64,000 nucleotides of DNA from Ranitomeya imitator. Lineage: Eukaryota. The position numbers and the translations under genes were made by a program. The stretch is taken from NCBI RefSeq assembly GCF_032444005.1, contig NC_091290.1:35960001-36024000 (forward strand), in the 5' to 3' direction. Under the pieces are notes generated by a model. It saw nothing but the letters and a program-made list of their open reading frames with translations, did no database searches and was not told the DNA's origin. This document shows positions 45,101 to 57,029 of the stretch, one piece after another. Each line of letters begins with the position of its first letter. The first letter of the stretch is position 1.

Positions 45101-47924
45101 TGCAAAAGTTCCTGGGCTTTGCTAATTTTTATAGTCGCTTCATCTGTAATTTTTCTAGCATTGCCAAACCATTGACCGATTTGACCAAGAAGGGTGCTGA
45201 TTTGGTTAATTGGTCTTCTGCTGCTGTGGAAGCTTTTCAGGAGTTGAAGCGTCGTTTTTGTTCTGCCCCTGTGTTGTGTCAGCCAGATGTTTCTCTTCCG
45301 TTCCAGGTCGAGGTTGATGCTTCTGAGATTGGAGCAGGGGCGGTTTTGTCACAGAGAGGTTCTGATTGCTCAGTGATGAAACCATGTGCTTTCTTTTCCA
45401 GGAAGTTTTCGCCCGCTGAGCGTAATTATGATGTGGGCAATCGAGAGTTGCTGGCCATGAAGTGGGCATTCGAGGAGTGGCGTCATTGGCTTGAAGGAGC
45501 TAAGCATCGCGTGGTGGTATTGACTGATCATAAGAACTTGACTTATCTCGAGTCTGCCAAGCGCTTGAATCCTAGACAGGCCCGTTGGTCGTTATTTTTT
45601 GCCCGCTTCGACTTTGTGATTTCGTACCTTCCGGGCTCTAAAAATGTGAAGGCGGATGCTCTGTCTAGGAGTTTTGTGCCCGACTCTCCGGGTTTATCTG
45701 AGCCAGCGGGTATCCTCAAGGAAGGAGTCATTGTGTCTGCCATCTCCCCTGATTTGCGGCGGGTGCTGCAAAAATTTCAGGCGAATAAACCTGATCGTTG
45801 TCCAGCAGAGAAACTGTTCGTCCCTGATAGGTGGACTAATAAACTTATCTCTGAACTTCATTGTTCGGTGTTGGCTGGTCATCCTGGAATCTTTGGTACC
45901 AGAGAGTTAGTGGCTAGATCCTTCTGGTGGCCATCTCTGTCACGGGATGTACGTACTTTTGTGCAGTCCTGTGGGATTTGTGCTAGGGCTAAGCCCTGCT
46001 GTTCTCGTGCCAGTGGGTTGCTTTTGCCCTTCCCGGTCCCAAAGAGGCCTTGGACACATATTTCGATGGATTTCATTTCTGACCTTCCCGTTTCTCAAAA
46101 GATGTCAGTCATTTGGGTGGTCTGTGATCGCTTTTCTAAAATGGTCCATCTGGTGCCCTTGGCTAAATTGCCTTCCTCCTCTGATTTGGTACCTTTGTTC
46201 TTTCAGCATGTGGTTCGGTTGCATGGCATTCCTGAGAATATTGTTTCTGACAGAGGTTCCCAGTTTGTTTCAAGGTTCTGGCGAGCCTTTTGTGGTAGGA
46301 TGGGCATTGACCTATCCTTTTCCTCGGCTTTCCATCCTCAGACTAATGGCCAGACCGAACGAACCAATCAGACCTTGGAAACATATCTGAGATGTTTTGT
46401 TTCTGCAGACCAGGATGATTGGGTGTTCTTTTTGCCGTTGGCTGAGTTCGCCCTTAATAATCGGGCCAGCTCGGCTACCTTGGTTTCTCCATTTTTTTGC
46501 AATTCTGGGTTCCATCCTCGTTTCTCTTCAGGACAGGTTGAGTCTTCGGACTGTCCTGGTGTGGATTCTGTGGTGGACAGGTTGCAGCAGATCTGGACTC
46601 ATGCGGTGGACAATTTGATCTTGTCCCAGGAGAAAGCTCAACTTTTCGCTAATCGCAGACGCCGTGTGGGTCCCCGACTTCGTGTTGGGGATCTGGTTTG
46701 GTTATCTTCTCGTCATATTCCTATGAAGGTTTCCTCTCCTAAATTTAAACCTCGTTTTATTGGTCCGTATAGGATTTCTGAGGTTCTCAATCCTGTGTCT
46801 TTTCGTTTGACCCTCCCAGACTCCTTTTCCATACATAATGTATTCCATAGGTCGTTGTTGCGGAGATACGTGGCACCTATGGTTCCATCTGTTGAGCCTC
46901 CTGCCCCGGTTTTGGTGGAGGGGGAATTGGAGTATATTGTGGAGAAGATTTTGGATTCTCGTGTTTCTAGACGGAAACTCCAGTATCTGGTTAAATGGAA
47001 GGGTTATGCTCAGGAAGATAATTCCTGGGTTTTTGCCTCTGATGTCCACGCCCCAGATCTTGTTCATGCCTTTCATGCGGCTCATCCTGGTCGGCCTGGG
47101 GGCTCTGGTGAGGGTTCGGTGACCCCTCCTCAAGGGGGGGGTACTGTTGTGAATTCTGTGGCTGAATTCACTCCTGTGGTCACAAGTGGTACTGCAGCTT
47201 CTGAGCTTCCTCCCTCAGGTGTTCTGGTGAGCTCGTTAGCTGCTTCATTACTTAACTCCGCCTGATGCTGCTATCCTTGCTCCTTGTCAATGTTTCAGTG
47301 TTAGATCTGAGCTTCTCCTGATTGTTCCTGTGACCTGCTGCTCTGTATAGCTAAGTGCTTTTTGCTTTTTTGTTGCTTTTTTTCTGTCCAGCTTGTCTTT
47401 TGTTTTGCTGGAAGCTCTGAGACGCAAAGGGTGTACCGCCGTGCCGTTAGTTCGGCACGGTGGGGTTTTTTTGCCCCCTTTGCGTGGTTTTGCTTTAGGG
47501 TTTTTTGTAGACTGCAAAGTTCGCTTTACTGTCCTCGCTCTGTCCTAGAATATCGGGCCCCACTTTGCTGAATCTATTTCATCCCTATGTTTTGTCTTTT
47601 CATCTTACTCACAGTCATTATATGTGGGGGGCTGCCTTTTCCTTTGGGGAATTTCTCTGGGGCAAGTCAGGCCTATTTTTCTATCTTCAGGCTAGCTAGT
47701 TTCTTAGGCTGTGCCGAGTTGCCTAGGTAGTTGTTAGGCGCAATCCACAGCCGCTTTTAGTTGTGTTTAGGATAGGATCAGGTGTGCAGTCTACAGAGTT
47801 TCCACGTCTCAGAGCTCGTTCTTGTATTTTTGGGTATTTGTCAGATCACTGTGTGCGCTCTGATCGCTAAGCACACTGTGTTTCTGGATTGCCTTCATAA
47901 CACCTGTCATTAGCAAACATAACA
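42163..47924 (+). mobile_element. Full-length Ty3/Gypsy chromovirus (Tf1/sushi-like) LTR retrotransposon in POLR2G intron 5, antisense to the gene; LTRs 42163-42941 and 47145-47924
   Basis: TG...CA LTRs that are nearly identical, PPT AAGGGGGGGG at 47132-47141, TCCCAC direct repeat on both flanks, single gag-pol ORF. Confidence 0.98.
43081..47265 (+). CDS. Gypsy gag-pol polyprotein: capsid, CCHC knuckle, protease, RT, RNase H, integrase and chromodomain (frame open from 42961; likely ATG at 43081)
   Basis: CFYCGDSTHAISDC; VDSGA; YLDD; VDAS; HCSVLAGH..CGIC; MDFI/SDRG/ERTN; RFIGPY; EYIVEKILDSR..QYLVKWKGY..NSW. Confidence 0.96.
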   Translation: MDIQGLCSSMDNLVINVQKIQDTIDQKSMLEQRIPIPDLFFGDRTKFLSFKNNCKLFLALKPHSSGNPIQQVLIIISFLRGDPQDWAFSLAPGDPALSSVDAFFLALGLLYDEPNSVDQAEKNLLALCQGQDDIEVYCQKFRKWSVLTQWNESALAALFRKGLSEALKDVMVGFPMPAGLNESLSLAIQIGRRLRERKSVHHLAVLPEVKPEPMQCDRTMTRVERQEYRRLNGLCFYCGDSTHAISDCPKRTKRSARSAVIGTVQSKFLLSITLICSLSSFSVMAFVDSGAALNLMDLDYAKRCGFFLEPLRCPIPLRGIDATPLAKNKPQYWAQLTMCMAPAHQEVIRFLVLHNLHDVVVLGLPWLQTHNPVLDWNSMSVSSWGCQGVHGDVPFLSISSSTPSEVPEFLSDYQDVFEEPKSDALPPHRDCDCAINLIPGSKFPKGRLFNLSVPEHAAMRSYVKESSLEKGHIRPSSSPLGAGFFFVAKKDGSLRPCIDYRLLNKITVKFQYPLPLLSDLFARIKGASWFTKIDLRGAYNLVRIRQGDEWKTAFNTPEGHFEYLVMPFGLANAPSVFQSFMHDIFREYLDKFLIVYLDDILIFSDDWESHVKQVRMVFQVLRANSLFVKGSKCLFGVQKVSFLGFIFTPSTIEMDPVKVQAIQDWIQPTSLKSLQKFLGFANFYSRFICNFSSIAKPLTDLTKKGADLVNWSSAAVEAFQELKRRFCSAPVLCQPDVSLPFQVEVDASEIGAGAVLSQRGSDCSVMKPCAFFSRKFSPAERNYDVGNRELLAMKWAFEEWRHWLEGAKHRVVVLTDHKNLTYLESAKRLNPRQARWSLFFARFDFVISYLPGSKNVKADALSRSFVPDSPGLSEPAGILKEGVIVSAISPDLRRVLQKFQANKPDRCPAEKLFVPDRWTNKLISELHCSVLAGHPGIFGTRELVARSFWWPSLSRDVRTFVQSCGICARAKPCCSRASGLLLPFPVPKRPWTHISMDFISDLPVSQKMSVIWVVCDRFSKMVHLVPLAKLPSSSDLVPLFFQHVVRLHGIPENIVSDRGSQFVSRFWRAFCGRMGIDLSFSSAFHPQTNGQTERTNQTLETYLRCFVSADQDDWVFFLPLAEFALNNRASSATLVSPFFCNSGFHPRFSSGQVESSDCPGVDSVVDRLQQIWTHAVDNLILSQEKAQLFANRRRRVGPRLRVGDLVWLSSRHIPMKVSSPKFKPRFIGPYRISEVLNPVSFRLTLPDSFSIHNVFHRSLLRRYVAPMVPSVEPPAPVLVEGELEYIVEKILDSRVSRRKLQYLVKWKGYAQEDNSWVFASDVHAPDLVHAFHAAHPGRPGGSGEGSVTPPQGGGTVVNSVAEFTPVVTSGTAASELPPSGVLVSSLAASLLNSA

Positions 47925-48289
47925 TCCCACAAAAAGAAAAGAAAAAAAGCAACACAATCCCACCTCTATAAACTCTGGAGACAGCCAGGTCAGGGCTGTT
48001 CTCACATAACTGGCTTGACATAATGCCTGGATTTGGTCAGTATTAGTGATGAGCGAATGTGCTCGGATAAGGAGTTATCTGAGCGAGCATGAGTGCTAAC
48101 CGAGTGACTTCGGGGTGCACGAAAAATATGTTTGAGTCCCCGCGGCTGGAGGGATTATGGCCTGTTTGTTAGGCAATACCTGCATGGGTTGCGGCTGTTG
48201 AACAGCAGTGAGATATGCAGCAGAAAAACTAACAGGTCAGTGAGAGCCAGAATTGTTGTTGGTTGGTGATCAAAAACTTATTTCATGCA

Positions 48290-48460
48290 ATTTAATTATG
48301 TAAAAAATCATACAATGTGATTTTTTGGTTTTTAATGTTAAGATTCTGTCTCTCACAGGTGACGTGTACCTGCGATAAAAATTACAGAACTCTCCATTCT
48401 TTGTAGGTGGGAAATCTTGCAAAATTGGCAGCGTATCAGATACTTATTTCCCCCACTGTA
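48290..48460. mobile_element. Tc1-like terminal fragment
   Basis: Ends in ACTTATTTCCCCCACTG-TA, a CAGTGGGG.AAATAAGT-type Tc1 TIR in reverse. Confidence 0.45.
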
Positions 48461-48690
48461 GTTCTTGTAGGATGTCAAGCTAGTTAATTTCTTTCCTTTG
48501 AAAATATGGCATTAATGGAACGCCTAGAATACAGGTCAAAAACATAATGGCGGCAGTTTAAAAGCGCTTAGGGACCTGAAAGGATCCCTTTAATGGTTCA
48601 CCCTTAGTGGTTTAAATATACACAAGGACAATGTAGTTAAATAAGAGAACAGAAATGCATTTGTGTAGTTGTCAGACATCTGGCTCTTAC

Positions 48691-48756
48691 CTCATCTACA
48701 GTCTTATAACACGGTGGGTTGGAATTTGGATCAAACTCCATTTCAGAAGGGATTGA
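48691..48756 (-). CDS. POLR2G: POLR2G exon 5 ([22 protein letters not shown])
   Basis: GT-AG flanks, 66 nt. Confidence 0.97.
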
Positions 48757-48994
48757 CTGAAATAAAAGAAATTAAAAAAAAACGTCACAGAAAATGGCAA
48801 AAAGGCCTGATGTTAAAAACTCCCCAGCCCCCTCCTAGCGCCAGGCTGTTTCCTATCACTATTCTGGTAAGTCTGTAATAGACTTGTCTACCTGAAATAA
48901 AGCTACCGTATTTGTATGCAAAATGCAAATTGGGTGTGGTGAAGTCTTCTATTTAGTATTCTTTGCTGCCCCTCTGAGGTCCATAAACTATTAA

Positions 48995-49812
48995 GGTACC
49001 GTCACACTAGACGATATCGCTAGCGATCCGTGACATTGCAGCGTCCTCGCTAGCGATATCGTCCAGTGTGACAGGCAGCAGCGATCAGGCCCCTGCTGTG
49101 CTGTCGCTGGTCGGGGAAGAAAGTCCAGAACTTTATTTGGTCGCTGGATCTCCCGCAGACATCGCTGAATCGGCGTGTGTGACACCGATTCAGCGATGTC
49201 TTCACTGGTAACCAGGGTAAACATCGGGTAACTAAGCGCAGGGCCGCGCTTAGTAACCCGATGTTTACCCTGGTTACCATCCTAAAAGTAAAAAAAAACA
49301 AACACTACATACTTACCTACAGCCGTCTGTCCTCCAGCGCTGTGCTCTGCACTCCTCCTGTACTGTCTGTGTGAGCACAGCGGCCGGAAAGCAGAGCGGT
49401 GACGTCACCGCTCTGCTTTCCGGCTGACCGACGCTCACAGCCAGTACAGGAGGAGTGCAGAGCACAGCGCTGGAGGACAGACAGCTGTAGGTAAGTATGT
49501 AGTGTTTGTTTTTTTTTACTTTTAGGATGGTATCCAGGGTAAACATCGGGTTACTAAGCGCGGCCCTGCGCTTAGTTACCCGATGTTTACCCTGGTTACC
49601 AGTGAAGACATCGCTGAATCGGTGTCACACACGCCGATTTAGCGATGTCTGCGGGAGATCCAGCGACCAAATAAAGTTCTGGACTTTCTTCCCCGACCAG
49701 CGACAGCACAGCAGGGGCCTGATCGCTGCTGCCTGTCACACTGGACGATATCGCTAGCGAGGACGCTGCAACGTCACGGATCGCTAGCGATATCGTCTAG
49801 TGTGACGGTACC
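48995..49812. mobile_element. Palindromic MITE with TTAA flanks (family of 16304-17033)
   Basis: TTAA-GGTACCGTCACAC ... GTGTGACGGTACC-TTAA; near-perfect ~400-bp arms. Confidence 0.9.
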
Positions 49813-50866
49813 TTAAGTGTGACGGTACCTTTAGGGTTATCATGTAATCCTTTGGCATTTAGTACCTTGGCGAGGTGTCTGACTGCTCCAAGCATTTACA
49901 TTTCTTCACAGCTTAAAGAGGTATTCTATTTACCAGGTGATTAAAACACAAGTCAATAATCCTCCTCAAACAGAGACCACAACTTTGGTCTCCTTCACAC
50001 ATCCTGATATTACCAGTACTATCCATGTGATACATAAGTGTGGCATCCATGGGACACATCTGTGTGACATGTGCAGGCTCCTGGGAAAAGCAGAACAGTT
50101 CACGCTGTTCCCAGGCGCTGAATGCAGTTCTTATCATTGTCTCCTGGTTTGCCTGCGATCAGCGGGACCAGGCAACGCTGATGAGACTTGTAGTCAGCAC
50201 CGCCATCTGTGTATCGAACATATAAAATGAAAAATTAAATTAAAAAAAAAAAAATAGTGGCGTGAGGTTCCCCTTAATTTTCCTAACTAGCTGAGGACTG
50301 TTTAATATTCTTAAGGGGAAATAGCGCTCACAGCTGCGGGCAGATATTAATAGGCTGGGATGGGGCCATGTATATTGTTCATCTCCCAGACTAGGATCAT
50401 CAGCCCTCAGCTGCCCCAGAAATGGCGAATCCATTAGATCCACGACGATCCCCAACTCAGCTACATCCAGATGGTATGGTAAGTGGTGACATCAGGGATG
50501 TGACCGCTCACGCCAGACAGAACATGGCGAGCGTGAGAACGCGGCTGCCTGACCAGCAGTAACTTTAGTGACGTCACACAGGATTCTGCTATGCTGCCAG
50601 CTGGAGCAAACGCTCTATTAATTGCAGTTTGGATAATTGCGACCATGTTTCAACATGCAAATTATCTAGCTTCTCCCAATGTTCCTTTGAGAAAAGCAGA
50701 TGGAAAGTAAGTTGGCACGTGACTGTAATTGTGCAAACCGTGTAACTTGTATTTATGCGAGCGTCTACTTGAACACTGTGCACATTGCTCACGGTCCAGG
50801 ATTCAGTAATCTGCACTAACAGAGACTGCAGAAATTTCGCTGAAGAGATTTAACTAAAATACATAC

Positions 50867-50917
50867 ATGTCTAGAGATGAAACAGGCCATAGGTCCAATT
50901 TCTGTGAACAATCCAAC
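50867..50917 (-). CDS. POLR2G: POLR2G exon 4 (VGLFTEIGPMACFISRH)
   Basis: GT-AG flanks, 51 nt. Confidence 0.97.
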
Positions 50918-51091
50918 CTGAAAGGGGAAAAAAACAACACATGGACAAACAGTATAAACACGTCTGATTCATATATCAGACAGTCCGTGTATGGACCACA
51001 AAGTCCGGACCTGCAGGGGGTCTCCACACTTGAACTTAACAACTTAATTGAGGCAGTGGACCTGTAGCTGGTCTGGACTTCAAAGTCCTTA

Positions 51092-51415
<324 letters not shown>

Positions 51416-51994
51416 TTAAAAACCAGCAGAGTGTCAGATGTCATGGAAAAGATTATAAAGCAGAATTCCTTGTACCAGAAACCAGTTTACAGAGCCGCTA
51501 TGGAACGTTCATGCGTAAGTGCTGTTCACACCTGCATTTTTGCTGTGCATCTCACTGCCCCATTCTAGTAACAAGATTGATGTAGAAAAGAGATTCATTT
51601 TATAATACATGTAAATTGAAGCAAAAGGATCCCATTGGCTAATGGGGATGAGATCTGGTTTCCGAATGGCGTCTATTATTTTGTATGGAACATAACCCTG
51701 TTTACACCTTGGTGCCCACCTGTACTATTGGTCTGACTTTCCGTATATGTAAAAATACACTGATGTTCCAAATCAATTTTATTTGTGCACCCATAGACTT
51801 AAATAGGAGAGTCGCATCCGATGTACAGATGGGAATAGTGTGTGCTGTGATTTCTTAGCACTTGGGACATTCAGTCCCTGTTGGGAAAAAACCCTCATCT
51901 GACCGTCCCTACTGGATTAAACTGGCCATTGCGCTGCCTCATCTCATCACACGTCCGTATAGTACTGTCCTGTGTGAACGAGCCCCGACACTTA

Positions 51995-52105
<111 letters not shown>

Positions 52106-52375
52106 CTACAGAGAAATAGCACATTTAAAAAATTATATATATAGTATTAGGCACAAGCTTTTATTAACCTGTCAGATGTTTCTAGATAAACCTTACTATG
52201 GTGATGCCATCTTTCTGCCTGTATTGGAATCACACAGATCACAAGACCAGGGATCCCAAAGCGTCCTTTGTGAATGAAGTGGCAGTGCACAAGTGTGACC
52301 ACAGGAGATGACTAGCACTAATCGGGGGTCTCTGTAAGCCCGTAGAAGAAGTAAATGGTGGGGTGATCAGTTCAG

Positions 52376-53181
52376 CAGCCCCTCATGCACCAGCTCCGCA
52401 GCCCATCGCGCCCCAGCCACTCACGCCCCAGTTCCGCATGCCCCTCGCGCCCCAGGCCACAGCCACTTATGCCCCAGCTCCACCGCTCTTCACACCCCAG
52501 TTCTGCTGTTCCTCATGGCCTAGCTCCGCATGCCCCTCGCGCCCCAGGCCGCAGCCCCCTATGCCCCTCGCGCCCCAGGCCGCAGCCCCTTATGCCCCAG
52601 CTCCGCATGCCCCTCGCGCCCCAGGCCCTTATGCCCCAGCTCCACATGCCCCTCGCGCCCCAGCTCCGCATGCCCCACGCGCCCCTTATGCCCCAGCTCC
52701 GCATGCCCCTCGCGCCCCAGGCCCTTATGCCCCAGCTCCACATGCCCCTCGCGCCCCAGGCCCTTATGCCCCAGCTCCGCATGCCCCCCAGGCTGCAGCC
52801 CCTTATGCCCCAGCTCTGCATGCCCCTCGCGCCCCAGGCTGCAGCCCCTTATGCCCCAGCTCCGCATGCCCCTCGCGCCCCAGGGCGCAGCTTCTTATAC
52901 CCCAGCTCCGCATGCCCCTCGCGCCCCAGGCCGCAGCGTCTTATACCCCAGCTCCACATGCCCCTCGCGCCCCAGGCAGCAGCCCCTCACGCTCCAGTTC
53001 TGCCATTCCTCACGTCCTAGCTCCGCATGCCCCTCGCGCTCCAGGCCCCAGCCCCTTATGCCTCAGGTCCGCATGCCCCTCGCGCCCCAGCTTCTTATAC
53101 CCCAGCTCCGCATGCCCCTCACGCCCCAGCCCCTTACGCTCCAGTTCTGCCGTTCCTCACGTCCTAGCTCTGCATGCCCCT
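52376..53181. repeat. C-rich composite minisatellite (24-bp GCCCCAGCTCCGCATGCCCCTCGC and 15-bp GCCCCAGGCCCTTAT units) in POLR2G intron 1
   Basis: Direct reading. Confidence 0.93.
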
Positions 53182-53543
53182 CACAGGAGAACCTCTGTTT
53201 TTGGGGTCCAGGCATTCAGACCACCCCAGTGATCATACATTCCAGCCCTGTGGATGTGGGCAGCACATGTACATTCTGTATGCCATCTTCTCCCATGAAG
53301 TGCCCCCAGTCACACGTCCTAGCAAGTTCATGCAGCCATGGCTCCCACACCGCTCTATAGACTATACCCCTCTCCAGTGCAGGGGCCATGATGTATGGAG
53401 ACTGGAATACCCCCATACAGGGCAGATAATGTGCAGGAATAGGCACAAAGCCCGCTAGGAGCCATGACACCCCAGTAATGTCCTCCTTACCCCAGAGCAG
53501 AACAAAGCCTGAAGATTATCACAGACCGTCCTTGTATACTCAC

Positions 53544-53555
53544 GTGATAGAACAT
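53544..53555 (-). CDS. POLR2G: POLR2G exon 1 (MFYH)
   Basis: ATGTTCTATCAC/gtgagt within the CpG-rich promoter region. Confidence 0.95.
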
Positions 53556-53559
53556 AGCT

Positions 53560-53980
53560 CCCTCCTGACCAGCGCAACAACCGAACAAACGAGTCTATGT
53601 TCACTACGCGTCGAAAAACCAAACAATAAAGTTTATTCAAAGAAAAAAAAAAAAGCGTTCCGGGTAGTTTCCGGTGTTAAGTCACATGATGCCGGAAGTG
53701 ACGTAGCGGCGGCGTTGTGCAGCCGCTCCGGTGTTTCTGTTAGTGTTCCTTATGGACTATGCGCGATGTTTGTAGACGAGGAAAGGGACACCGGAAGTTT
53801 ACACAACGAGAGAACGGACACGACCGGTACAGACGACTTCACAGAGAGTTTTGTTATTGATTGGCTGGGAAGCTTATCAATCACGTGTCGAAGCGTCCAA
53901 TCAGCGTTGAGAGACCAGGTCCAATCACATCGCGGCAGAGGCGGGACTTGTTTTTCCTAAGGTTTTGCTTTGTGCAGGTG
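53560..53980. promoter_or_regulatory. Putative bidirectional CpG promoter shared by POLR2G (minus) and ZBTB3 (plus); candidate non-coding ZBTB3 exon ending at 53977 (CAG/gtgaga)
   Basis: ETS/GABP CCGGAAGT at 53692 and 53791 plus inverted TTCCGG copies; several CCAAT/ATTGG boxes at 53855-53925; a GC box near 53940. Confidence 0.65.
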
Positions 53981-54821
53981 AGAGGCAGAGCAGAGATCAC
54001 ATGACCTCTAATGAAATCCTGTCTGATCGGTAATCGGTAGGTGAGGTCTGAGGAGCACCGAGCTAAGGAACAATAATGATCCAATGCAAATCTGCCTGGT
54101 CTGCTGCTCCCAAGGTGTAGGGGCTGCAGGCACCATGCCATAGCTGGCAGTGCCACACAGGGCAGACATGGCATTGCATGGCCTGCTCCTGATGATGAGT
54201 GTGTAGGCCTCAGGTAGGTTACACCTCCAGTGTCACCATTGCATCCTGCTATACCCTGATGAGTCGTGTCATATCGTGTATTTGTGTGCAGGCTCGCTCT
54301 CCAGGAGGATGCCGCCGGTCCCCCAGCCGCTCACTTTGGGAAGCTTTGTGCAGGAAGCGAGAGAGACGTATTAGATCTGTCACCTGACGCTTTTAGGATA
54401 TTTTACAAGTAAGTTGCACAGTAAAATGCATCATCGTGGAGTGTCAGCGTGTAGGAATGACGTCTGAGCGTGCAAGGGTGAAAGAGGACCTGTCTCTGGG
54501 CCCTAATTGGACAATTTTTGCTCCGATTTTATTCCCTGAGTATTCCAGCTCTTTTTCTTTTCTTTTTTTAAATCCTCCTCAGTGTCCCAGAGTTACGGGC
54601 CTTTATATTTAGTGCTTGTTTTTATGGTCTTACAGGAGGCGTGGCTCAGAGGGTAACTAGGCAGAGCAGTCAAAAGCCACGCCCCAGAGGATCTGGAAGC
54701 CACGCCCCAGAGGATCTGTGGACCACACCCACTCTGTGTAAGACCATAAAGGTTAAATAGGCCTGTATCTCTGATGCTGTATGGCGGATTTAAAAAAAAA
54801 AGAGATGAGCAGAGGGAATAA

Positions 54822-55080
54822 AATAATAATCTTTCTTTTTACATAGCGCTAACATATTCCGCAGCGCTTTACAGGTTGCACACATTATCATCGCTCACAA
54901 TCTAAATTCCCTATCAGTATGTCTTTGGAATGTGGGAGGAAACCGGAGAACCCGGAGGAAACCCACGCAAACACAGGGAGAACATACAAACTCCTTGCAG
55001 ATATTGTCCTTGGTGGGACTAGAACCCAGGACCCCAGCGCTGCGAGGCTGCAGTGTTAACCACTGAGCCATCATTCTGCC
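54822..55080 (-). mobile_element. tRNA-derived V-SINE with an L2-like 3' tail; a tail-only copy lies at ~39440-39503
   Basis: Minus strand: A box TGGCTCAGTGG, B box GGTTCTAGTCC, V-domain TGTATGTTCTCCCTGTGTTTGCGTGGGTTTCCTCCGGG, tail AAAGCGCTGCGGAATATGTTAGCGCTAT...(ATT)n. Confidence 0.8.
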
Positions 55081-57029
55081 CGGAGAAAAAATAGTCCAAT
55101 TATCCCGTGGCAGCCAGGTACTCATTAAAAGGGGTCTCTGACGACAAGCTGATGGGAGATCTGACTGTTTCCATTATTTGTTGAGATGAAGCTCCATTAT
55201 TCCTGATGTCCCCCAGAGCCTCCTGCAGCCGTCAGGGATGGCTCCATGTGGTATCAAACAATTGCAGAAACATATAAACTCTGGTATAGGGCCGGCTACA
55301 GTTATTTTGTTAGTGTTTATTACAGATGCCTTAATATGTCTGGTCTATGGGACTCCCACCGTAGGGAACTTTCATCAGACTTATGCTTCCCAAAATAAAA
55401 ATGTCTATACACAAGAACCCTGGGGTGTGCCAATCGTTACTGTGTTCTCTATGAGAATTATCTGACAGTCTCCCCATTAAACAAAAAGGATGGGGTAATT
55501 GAATTCCTACCACCTGATCCTTATGTCCCCCAATATAATCTGTTAGGATCTCATACACATTAAATAATCGTCTGATGCTACAGAAATCCAAAAGTTCAGG
55601 CGTCTTTCGTTTAAAATGTGTAATGACCATAAGGGCAGAGAAATAGAGGGACAGAGACCCTGATTCCAGCAATGAATCACTTAGTTCACTTAGTGAGCTG
55701 TAGTATTGACAAAATCACTGTTTTGATTTACCAAAGCTGTCACAGTATCGTACACAGCTTGATAGATTCTGGCTTAAATTCTAGTACATTTTTCAAATTA
55801 GACAGGATCCCGCCCCCTTCTCTAGCTTTCTATCACTGAGTAGGGCCACTATCTGGACTCATATTCATACAAACTCCAGGGATTTCCATGATGAAAAGTT
55901 GTACTGAATCTTTTCCCATCTATATCGTTCTAATAATCTTTTTATTTTCTGTACCGTACACATATCAGACTGGTGCTCGTTTCAAGGCAACAGCGGCCAG
56001 TCCATGCTTTGCGGTCCGATCTCGGACTGATTTGCATGGGCGCCTGCATGAGTCCTATGGCTGAGCTTCATAGATCATTATATATGGGAGTACACAAATG
56101 TGTTGCAATATACATATAGTGTAAATGATTGCAGCTTCCATTCCTCATATGTGGATTCAAAATACTAAGAATGTTATTAAAAATAAGTACAAAAATCGGT
56201 ATCCCCTTCAGTTTGAGTTCCAGCGCCAGTCAGAAGTGTTCAACTCTAGGCATAGTCCACAATAAACAGGCTGCAAATTCCACACCGTTCTCTGCAACTC
56301 TCAAAAACTGACTGCTTAGCACAGTCTCTATTCAGAGAGAGACCCCGGGATGTCTCTCTCTCTCAGGTACAGCTCACATTTTGGCTGTTCACTCACCAGC
56401 AGCAGACTGACACTCCCCCAGGAACCTGCATCTCCATGAAGCTACTTCCTGCTTCTTAGCAAAACCCTACACGTGCATCTAATCAAGACACTGCAGAGCT
56501 GGGATTTTACACTGTCCTTCCCAGCTATGCTACATTATATAAAAATGAATACAAAAAATAAACATGTTGTATACATCCCAAAACTACACCAATAAAAACT
56601 ATCGCTCACTGAAAACATGCCCTGGCACGGCTATGTTATGGGTCTCCGAAAATGTCGACACAAACCATTTTTTTTTTTTTAGTACTGAATATAAAAAAAA
56701 AATGTATCACTGTAATCGCATTGACTTGGAGAAAACTACAACTTGTTTCTCCTAAAACAAGCTTTCATATCGCTAGGCTGATGAAAACAAGAAAAAGAAA
56801 ATGGTATGGCTCTTGGAAAACGGGGGAGGGGAAAAAAATTGCAAAATGAAAAATGGTCTCTGTTACAGTAGGGTCACATGAGTTTTCTCTACATCAAACG
56901 GTCCGAATATTCTGATCACACTTTGATCAGAATTGCATCAGTTTTTTTCATGTGTGGAGAGAAAAAATAAAGAGTTTTGGTTCCTTATTATGAGTTGCTA
57001 ATTGGAAGTGTTTTGTGTTTTCCATAGCC

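Noticed and set aside
52363-53360. Pro/Ala-rich extensin-like ORFs
   Set aside because: Intronic minisatellite antisense to POLR2G.
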